64,000 nucleotides of DNA from Chloroflexota bacterium (GTDB lineage: Bacteria; Chloroflexota; Limnocylindria; Limnocylindrales; CSP1-4): assembly GCA_037446495.1 (NCBI GenBank), contig JBBIIL010000004.1, forward strand, positions 75,916 through 139,915. Reading direction: 5' to 3'. Shown here in pieces: positions 57,781-64,000 of the stretch; the stretch's first letter is position 1, and each line of letters begins with the position of its first letter. Under the pieces are notes generated by a model. That model ran no database searches. It saw only the letters and a list, made by a program, of their open reading frames with translations, and was not told the origin of the DNA. Made by a program: the position numbers and the translations under genes.

Positions 57781-58803
57781 ATGACGGCAGATGTTGCAGG
57801 CACGCACGCGAGCGTTGCCTACCGGCCCGCGACGAGCGCCGACTGGCCGGCGGTTGCGGAGGTCCTCAACGCCGCCCGCCGAGCGGACGGGGCCGACGAG
57901 GTGCGCACCCCCGAGAGCCTTGCGTCCGAGCACGCAGCGCTGGTCCTGCCGCGCGACATGGTGATCGCCGAGGTTGACCGCACGCCTGTGGGCTACGCCG
58001 TCGGGCCGGTCGTGGAGCGCGACGGCGTCCTGGTCGCGGACCTCACTGGCGCCGTCCATCCGTCGTTCCGGCGGCAGGGCATCGGGACCCAGCTACTCGG
58101 CCGGACCCGCGACGGGGCCGTGGCACGGATGGACGCCCACCTCCGCGACCTGCCTCGCGAGCTCCGCGGCTACGCGCTCGACAGCGAAACCGGGGTCATC
58201 GCGATGCTGACCGCGGAGGGATTCGCGCCCATTCGCTTCGGCTACGAGATGCGGCGCCCGCTCACCGGCCAGCTCCCGGTGCATGCGCTCCCTGCGGGCC
58301 TCGAGCTGCGTCCGGTGGCGGAGGCGGACTGTCGCCCAATTTGGGAGGCGAACGAGGAGGCGTTCCTCGACCACTGGGGCCACCGCGCCTCGACCGAGGA
58401 GGACTACCGGGAGATGTGCTTCGGGCCCGAGATGATGCCGGGCTTGTGGTGCGTGGCCTGGGACGGCGACCAGGTGGCGGGTGTCGTGATGATCGCCATC
58501 TTCCGCGATGAGAACGAGCAGCTCGGGATCGCGCGGGGGTGGCTCGACCGGGTCTCGGTGCGCCGGCCGTGGCGCGGGCGCGGCGTGGCGAAGGCGCTGT
58601 GCTCGCAGGCGTTCCGCGTCCTGCGCGACCAGGGCATGGTCGAGGTCTGGCTGGGAGTGGACGGGTCCAACCCGACCGGCGCGGTCAAGCTGTACGAGGG
58701 GCTCGGCTTCACCGTCGCGCGCGGCTGGAAGGCGTACGGCCGACCTGCTGACACGCCGGCACCGGCGGGCTGGCAGAGCGCGGGCAGCATGAGAGTCTCG
58801 TAG
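57781..58803 (+). CDS. Tandem-GNAT acetyltransferase (mycothiol synthase MshD-like architecture)
   Basis: It has two GNAT halves. The first contains HPSFRRQGIGTQLL and the second VRRPWRGRGVAKALC...LGVDGSNPTGAVKLYEGLGF. Confidence 0.78.
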   Translation: MTADVAGTHASVAYRPATSADWPAVAEVLNAARRADGADEVRTPESLASEHAALVLPRDMVIAEVDRTPVGYAVGPVVERDGVLVADLTGAVHPSFRRQGIGTQLLGRTRDGAVARMDAHLRDLPRELRGYALDSETGVIAMLTAEGFAPIRFGYEMRRPLTGQLPVHALPAGLELRPVAEADCRPIWEANEEAFLDHWGHRASTEEDYREMCFGPEMMPGLWCVAWDGDQVAGVVMIAIFRDENEQLGIARGWLDRVSVRRPWRGRGVAKALCSQAFRVLRDQGMVEVWLGVDGSNPTGAVKLYEGLGFTVARGWKAYGRPADTPAPAGWQSAGSMRVS

Positions 58804-58866
58804 TCGGGGATCGCCATGCACGCGATTGTGGCGCCGGGGCGGTGTCCCGACCGGTCGCTGGCGCGG

Positions 58867-59505
58867 TCAGAACGGCAGCCGGCCGTCGCGCCTGACGAGG
58901 TCCATCCACGGCCGCTCCCGCTCAATCGTCGTTGCCGCGCCGTGCCCCGGCAGCACGCGCAGCGCGTCGTCGAGCCCCGCCAGCCGCGTGAGCGACTCCG
59001 CCATCTGCTCCGGAGACCCGCCGGGCAGGTCCACGCGGCCCCAGCCGCCCGGGAACAGCGTGTCGCCGCTGAACAGCAGCCCGTCCTCGTCGTGAAGCAG
59101 GCAGACCGAGCCCTCCGTATGCCCCGGCGTGTGGAGCACGCGAAGCCGAATCTCGCCGAAGCGGACCTCGCCGCCCTCGGCCAGCTCCACGGCGGGCACG
59201 GAGGGGATGATCGGAAACGGCGCGAACAGCGGCTGGGGGTCGAGCAGGTAGTGGTTGTCGGCCGGGTGGATCGCGATCTGGGCGCCCGTGTGCTCGGCCA
59301 CCGCTGCGTTCTCGCCCACGTGGTCCCAGTGGCCGTGGGTGCTCACGATCAGCCGCAGGGTCCAGCCTCGGGCGTCGAGCGCGTCGGCGATCCACGCCAG
59401 GCAGGGCGTGGCGGTGTCGATCGCGATGGCCTCGCGGCTGGCCTCGTCGGCCAGGACGTAGACGTTGGTGTTGAGCGGGCCGATGACGGCGTGGAGTCGC
59501 TCCAT
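58867..59505 (-). CDS. MBL-fold metallo-hydrolase (glyoxalase II-like)
   Basis: It has the STHGHWDHVG metal motif, HTPGHTEGSV, and FSGDTLFPGGWGR. I placed the start at MERLHAVIGPL. Confidence 0.87.
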   Translation of the reverse strand: MERLHAVIGPLNTNVYVLADEASREAIAIDTATPCLAWIADALDARGWTLRLIVSTHGHWDHVGENAAVAEHTGAQIAIHPADNHYLLDPQPLFAPFPIIPSVPAVELAEGGEVRFGEIRLRVLHTPGHTEGSVCLLHDEDGLLFSGDTLFPGGWGRVDLPGGSPEQMAESLTRLAGLDDALRVLPGHGAATTIERERPWMDLVRRDGRLPF

Positions 59506-59609
59506 GGCCCCAAGTCTCGCAGGTGAACCGGCTTCGTGACGATCCGGGGGCTTCCGGCCCTCGCACGTTCCCGTCGGCGCGCGCATACTCCCGCCTGGAG
59601 GTGGTCGCG

Positions 59610-59855
59610 ATGACGGCCATGACGCACATCAAGGCGAAGATCACCCCCTGGGACGACCCGGCGTTCGTCCGGGCCTTCGAGGACGCGCGCGACAGCACCG
59701 CGCAGGATGGCTACGACGATGGGCCCAAGGCTGGCGCGCACGTGCAGCAGTTGCTCCGCGAAGCGGGCTACCCGATGGCCACGGTTGAGGTCATTCGGAC
59801 GGTCCGGGAGGCCCTCGAGCAGGCCTCGCACTGGATCGTGACCCGCGACGGGTAG
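59610..59855 (+). CDS. hypothetical small protein (81 aa)
   Basis: A GGAGGTGG RBS precedes ATG 59610. Composition is coding-like. I recognise no motif. Confidence 0.4.
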   Translation: MTAMTHIKAKITPWDDPAFVRAFEDARDSTAQDGYDDGPKAGAHVQQLLREAGYPMATVEVIRTVREALEQASHWIVTRDG

Positions 59856-59892
59856 GCCCGGTGGGAGAAGGCCCGGGGCGGGCCGGCTGCGG

Positions 59893-60336
59893 TCAGCCCG
59901 CCTCGAGCTTCGTCCGGATGCAGTCGAAGGTCTGGCCGATCATCTTGTTGGCCGTGCCCTCGATCATCCGGGCCCCCACCGATGCCAGCGTCCCCGCGAT
60001 CGAGACCTCGGCGGACCAGTCCATCGTGGTGGGCCCCTCGGCGGGACCCGAGAGCGACATGTCCGCGGTCGCGTCCACGGCGGACCCCGGAGCCTGGCCG
60101 TGGGCCTTGATGAGCGCCCGGTCCGGCTCCGCCCGCTCGGCGATCGACAGGTCCACGGTGAAGCGCGCGCTGATGAACCCCACGCCCACCTTCGCCTTGG
60201 CCTTGAAGTGGCCCTCGTCCACCACCTCGATCGACTCCATGCCCGGTCCGCAGGAGCCCACCTTGTTCGGGTCCATGAGGAACGCCCAGACCCGCTCGCG
60301 GGGTGCGGCGATCTGGACGGCGCCCTTGAACTGCAT
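59893..60336 (-). CDS. coxG: SRPBCC protein, carbon monoxide dehydrogenase subunit G (CoxG)-like
   Basis: MQFKGAVQIAAPRERVWAFLMDPNKVGSCGPGMESIEV...KAKVGVGFISARF...GTLASVGARMIEGTANKMIGQTFDCI matches the CoxG family pattern. Confidence 0.8.
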   Translation of the reverse strand: MQFKGAVQIAAPRERVWAFLMDPNKVGSCGPGMESIEVVDEGHFKAKAKVGVGFISARFTVDLSIAERAEPDRALIKAHGQAPGSAVDATADMSLSGPAEGPTTMDWSAEVSIAGTLASVGARMIEGTANKMIGQTFDCIRTKLEAG

Positions 60337-60678
60337 CGGCCCCTCCGAATGAGCGACTCCGACATCCGGGCGGTGGGCGCCGCGGCGCTCGGGTAGAGCT
60401 CCGGCTCGCGGATGAACGCGGTCCGGCAGCCCATCCTCAAGCGTTCGCGGCCGGACGTGGTCGAAACTGGCGGGGATCCTGCGCCGTGTGCCTCGCATCG
60501 CAGGCGACGCGAGGGGCATCGGGCCCCGTCGCACCAGAGCTGGGGACGAGCTCGGCGTTCACAATGACCGTCGGCGGGGACCGCCGAGCGCGGTGCGGGG
60601 CCGCACGCAAGGTTGCGGCCCGGTTGAGGGCGCGAGTATGGGCCGGTGTCGTTGACCCGTCAATCGACGGGCGTGGCC

Positions 60679-61536
60679 TCAGCCTCGCCTCGGCTCCCAG
60701 GTCACGATCCCCACCGATCCCGTCGGCCCCTCGGCGAGGGTCCACGCGCCGTCGCGGCGGACGATCATGTCCGGCAGGATCGCCCGGAAGTGGACGTCCT
60801 TGTCGCCGCCCTCGGCGATGAACAGCTGGCGGCGGAGGAACGCGGTCAGCGCATCGACCGAGTCGAACGAGCGCGTCGACCGCCCCACACGGACCACCTC
60901 GGTCTGGCGGCCGCGGGCGTGGAGCAGCGCCACGAGGTCCGGCAGCGCCGGAAGCGGAACGCGAGACTCGCCGTGGACGAGCGGCCAGAACGGGTCGGCC
61001 ACCGCGGCCGGGCTGAAGTCCGTGAGCACCGCCACGCAGTGCTCCCCCGCCGCCTGCTCCATCGCATCGATGAATGGGCCGATCGCCTCGACGTCGTAGC
61101 CGACGTGGGCGATGAACGCGACGTCGGCCGCGGGCAGCGGCCCCAGCGCCTCGAGCGCGTCGGGCCAGGTGCCCGGCACCAGGCGGAGGTTCGCGATGCC
61201 GTGCTCGTCGATCCCCGTGCGGAGCGCGCGGCGCATGCCCGCCGACGGCTCGACGGCGATGACCTGCCTCACGCGCAGGGCGAGCGGGAGGGCGTACCTT
61301 CCCGCGCCGGCGCCGATGTCGAGCCAGGTGGCGTCGGGCCGGGCGAGCGCCTGGAGCACGTCGAGGACAGGCTCGTCCGTGCGGCGCGGGTCGGCCACGA
61401 ACAGTGAGCTGACCGGCGAGTACCAGTCGCCCGTCGTCTGCTCGCGCAGGCGCTCGGCCTGCTCGCGGTTTGCGCGGACCCGCTCGGACCAGGCGGCTTC
61501 GAGGTTGGCGGCGGGAGCGACGGTGTCGGGAGTCAT
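60679..61536 (-). CDS. Class I SAM-dependent methyltransferase
   Basis: It has motif I WLDIGAGAGRYALPLA and post-I VIAVEPS. Its ATG overlaps the mocA-like stop. Confidence 0.8.
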   Translation of the reverse strand: MTPDTVAPAANLEAAWSERVRANREQAERLREQTTGDWYSPVSSLFVADPRRTDEPVLDVLQALARPDATWLDIGAGAGRYALPLALRVRQVIAVEPSAGMRRALRTGIDEHGIANLRLVPGTWPDALEALGPLPAADVAFIAHVGYDVEAIGPFIDAMEQAAGEHCVAVLTDFSPAAVADPFWPLVHGESRVPLPALPDLVALLHARGRQTEVVRVGRSTRSFDSVDALTAFLRRQLFIAEGGDKDVHFRAILPDMIVRRDGAWTLAEGPTGSVGIVTWEPRRG

Positions 61537-62144
61537 GGGAGGTCCTCAGCGGAGGTGGACACGGCTGCCAGCTCGGCCGGCGTGTCGACGTCGGGATTGG
61601 CGCCCTCTACCTTCACTTCGATGACGCGGTCGGTGCGGTTTGCCATGAGCTGCCCGAGGCCCCGGTCACCGTCGAGCCCGGCGGCCAGCGCCCATGCCGA
61701 GCGGCGGACCAGGACAGGGTTGGGGGCGGGATCATCGGCATACCGGGGTCGGACGAACTCCGCGTCCTCAGCCTCCGGGGCAGTCCCGGCGGCCACGACC
61801 GCGCGGATGACGCCGGGCCGGAGCCTGGGCTGGTCGCCGAGCACCACGAGCACCGCATCGGTCCCGGGGATCTCAACTGCGGCGTCGAGGCCTACCCGGA
61901 GCGAGCTCGAGAGGCCGTCTTCCGGGCGTGGGTTGACCACGCGGCGCTCGCCGCGCCACGCGATGGCCGCCTCGACGGCCTCAGCTTCGTGCCCGAGCAC
62001 GACCACCGCGTCCGCGAGGCCGGCAACGGCAACCGCGTCGAGCGTGTGCTGGAGCACCGGGCGCCCGTCGAGCGGGGCGAGGAGCTTGGGCGAGCCAAAC
62101 CGAGTCGAGGTGCCGGCCGCGAGGACGACCGCGACCACGGTCAC
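61533..62144 (-). CDS. MobA-like nucleotidyltransferase (molybdenum cofactor cytidylyltransferase MocA-like)
   Basis: VVLAAGTSTRFGSPKLLAPLDGRPVL and VVLGDQP are motifs typical of MobA/MocA NTP transferases. Confidence 0.85.
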   Translation of the reverse strand: MTVVAVVLAAGTSTRFGSPKLLAPLDGRPVLQHTLDAVAVAGLADAVVVLGHEAEAVEAAIAWRGERRVVNPRPEDGLSSSLRVGLDAAVEIPGTDAVLVVLGDQPRLRPGVIRAVVAAGTAPEAEDAEFVRPRYADDPAPNPVLVRRSAWALAAGLDGDRGLGQLMANRTDRVIEVKVEGANPDVDTPAELAAVSTSAEDLP

Positions 62145-63259
62145 CGAGCCGACTCGCGCTCGCGGGCCAGGTCGCGCATCGGCCGGCCGGAGCCCGACCG
62201 CCGCTCGGCCACCACCTCGGCGAGGATCGAGAGCGCGGTCTCCGGCGGCAGGCGCCCGCCAAGGTCCAGCCCGATGGGGCCGCGCAGTCGGTCGAGCTGC
62301 TCCGGCGTCACCCCCGCCTCGCGCAGGCGCACGCGGCGGTCCGCCTGCGTCTTGCGCGAGCCCACCGCGCCCACGTACCGGCAGCCGCGGCGAAGCGCCG
62401 CGATGATCGCCGGCTCGTCGAACTTCACGTCGTGGGTCAGCACCGCCACGGCGTCGGCCGGCCCGAGGCCGATCCCGTCGGCCACCTCGTCTGGCCAGCC
62501 CACGATCAGGCGGTCCACGTCCGGGAAGCGCGCAGCCGTTGCGAACGCCGCCCGCCCGTCGATGACCACCGTCTCGTAGCCCAGCTCCTTCGCGAGACGG
62601 ACCAGCGTGCGGGACACCTCGACGGCACCCACCACCACCAGCCGCGGCCGGACCGGGTACGCCTCGATGAACGCCTGGCGCCCGCCCGCCTCGACCGTCC
62701 GGCTCAGACCGTGGGCGAGGAGGTCGAGGGAGGCCTTGACCAGCTCCTGGTCGGCGGCCGCCTCGCCAAGGGTGCCGTTGAGCCGCCCGTCGTCGTGGAC
62801 CACCAGCGGGGACGAGGGCACCTCACCGGGCCCGGGAGTGTGCTGCCCGAATGCGGGCGGCGGGGCGTCGGCGGGCAGCACGGTCACCACGGCCCGTCCG
62901 CCCGACCGGCCCGCGGCCGTCTCGCGCGCCGCCTCGACCACCTCGACGGGCACGGCCGGCTGCACGAGCACGTCGATCGTGCCGCCGCAGGCGAGGCCCA
63001 CGTCCCACGCCTGCTCGTCGCTGATCCCGTAGCGGATGACGCGCTGGCGGCCGTCCCGGAACGCCCGGGCGATCTCCTCCGCCGCTGCCCCCTCCACGCA
63101 GCCGCCGGACACCGAGCCCGCGAGCCGGCCGTCGGCCGTGACGAGCAGGACGCCGCCCTCGGGCCTCGGCGCGCTGCCGAAGGTACGGACGACCACCGCG
63201 CGGCCCACCCTCGCGCCATCGGCGGTCCAGGCGTCCAGCTGGTCGAGCAGCTCGCGCAT
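62141..63259 (-). CDS. XdhC/CoxI family molybdoenzyme maturation protein
   Basis: The N-domain reads VVRTFGSAPRPEGGVLLVTADGRLAGSVSGGCVE. A Rossmann-like C-domain follows (LVVVGAVEVSRTLVRLAKELGYETVVID). A GGAGGT RBS precedes ATG 63259. Confidence 0.85.
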   Translation of the reverse strand: MRELLDQLDAWTADGARVGRAVVVRTFGSAPRPEGGVLLVTADGRLAGSVSGGCVEGAAAEEIARAFRDGRQRVIRYGISDEQAWDVGLACGGTIDVLVQPAVPVEVVEAARETAAGRSGGRAVVTVLPADAPPPAFGQHTPGPGEVPSSPLVVHDDGRLNGTLGEAAADQELVKASLDLLAHGLSRTVEAGGRQAFIEAYPVRPRLVVVGAVEVSRTLVRLAKELGYETVVIDGRAAFATAARFPDVDRLIVGWPDEVADGIGLGPADAVAVLTHDVKFDEPAIIAALRRGCRYVGAVGSRKTQADRRVRLREAGVTPEQLDRLRGPIGLDLGGRLPPETALSILAEVVAERRSGSGRPMRDLARERESAR

Positions 63260-63264
63260 CGTCC

Positions 63265-64000
63265 CTACCTCCCCTTGCCCAGCGGGCGGGCCTCGTCGGG
63301 CCGAACCTGGGCACCCCCGACCGGCGTCGGCAGCACCGCGTCCGGGGCGGACAGGCCCATCGACGGGGCGACGGTGGTGGCGTGGGTGACCGCCGACCCC
63401 CTGCGCGCCGTCCCGAGCGAGGCGCCCGCGAGCACCTCGCCGAGCCGCTGGAGCGAGGCCAGCGTGCCGGCCGGCAGGAAGTCGTCGATGAACGGATAGG
63501 CGGCCTTCATGCCCGCGGCCAGGGGCTGGTAGCCGGGCGCCGACGCGAGCGGGTTGAGCCACACGAGCCGGTGGCAGTTGCGCCGCAGCCGCGCCGTCTC
63601 GGCCGCCACGAGCGCAGGGTCGCCGCGGTCCCAGCCGTCCGACACCACGATCACCACGCCGCTGGTCCGCAGCGTGCGGCGCGCCCAGTGGCGGTTGAAC
63701 TGGCGGAAGCTCTCGCCGATCCGCGTGCCGCCGGCCCAGTCGGTGACGGTGTCCGCCACGCGGGCCAGGGCGCGGTCGCGGTCCCGGTCCTTCATGACCC
63801 GCGTGACGCGGGTGAGGCGCGTGCCGAAGACGAACGACTCGGTGCGGACCTCGTTCTCGCGCGCCAGCGCCTGGACGAAGCGCAGGAGCAGCCGCGAGTG
63901 GCGCTCCATGGAGCCCGAGATGTCGCACAGGACCACCAGCTGGCGCGGCTCCTTGACCGGGCGGCTCCAGACCCATTCCGTGAGCTCGCCGGTGGCGAGG
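63265..64000 (-). CDS. VWA domain protein, CoxE-like (5' end beyond window)
   Basis: VVLCDISGSM is the MIDAS motif. ...VVSDGWDRG...WLNPL is the CoxE-like pattern. The frame stays open to the window edge. Confidence 0.8.
   Translation of the reverse strand, partial: LATGELTEWVWSRPVKEPRQLVVLCDISGSMERHSRLLLRFVQALARENEVRTESFVFGTRLTRVTRVMKDRDRDRALARVADTVTDWAGGTRIGESFRQFNRHWARRTLRTSGVVIVVSDGWDRGDPALVAAETARLRRNCHRLVWLNPLASAPGYQPLAAGMKAAYPFIDDFLPAGTLASLQRLGEVLAGASLGTARRGSAVTHATTVAPSMGLSAPDAVLPTPVGGAQVRPDEARPLGKGR

Overview
This is a high-GC (about 70%), densely coding chromosomal segment whose gene content looks Actinobacteria-like or terrabacterial. I call about 65 CDS, one tRNA-Leu(UAG) and one T-box leader. 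I see no rRNA, CRISPR array, integrase, transposase or prophage. The long ORFs lying antisense to real genes are high-GC shadow ORFs.

Gene blocks, left to right:
- PspA, then an ArsR/SRPBCC/VOC operon.
- A VapBC toxin-antitoxin pair.
- Class V aminotransferase, SerA and a histidine phosphatase.
- MoxR, DUF58 and a transglutaminase.
- FhaA, FhaB, RodA and PbpA, with no PP2C phosphatase or Ser/Thr kinases.
- A divergent acidic-repeat zinc-ribbon protein.
- A valS operon behind a T-box leader, followed by a Zn-ribbon protein, FmdB, an HTH protein and YihY.
- tig, clpP and clpX, then tRNA-Leu.
- A DUF3618-like and Holin-X-like pair, CinA and Mrp.
- A PotABCD-type polyamine ABC importer with a MerR+XRE+cupin regulator and a class III aminotransferase.
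- An IMPase-family protein, a dimethylglycine/sarcosine-dehydrogenase-like protein, an APH/choline-kinase-like kinase, an APC permease, a GNAT and a class II aldolase.
- A degenerate secretion-ATPase-like protein, RidA and a lipoprotein.
- An ABC-2 exporter, then RsgA.
- PadR, a DUF5320-like protein and a NifX-like protein.
- An MshD-like double GNAT and an MBL hydrolase.
- CoxG, a SAM methyltransferase, MocA, XdhC and CoxE, which are molybdoenzyme/CO-dehydrogenase accessory genes.

The most unusual signals are non-coding or small:
1. Five TCGAC...GTCGA palindromes repeat every ~72 bp in a 460-bp gap between convergent genes (41.67-42.06 kb).
2. A 685-bp leader upstream of the ABC-2 exporter carries a perfect 17-bp-arm hairpin, a good promoter match, a 29-codon ORF and an intrinsic terminator.
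3. The His-rich PadR, Cys-containing DUF5320-like protein and NifX-like protein form a module with direct-repeat and palindromic sites.
4. The 12-mer GGTTGAGGGCGC occurs upstream of two otherwise unrelated genes.
5. One regulator fuses MerR, XRE and cupin domains.

All family assignments come from reading motifs in the translations. No database search was run.
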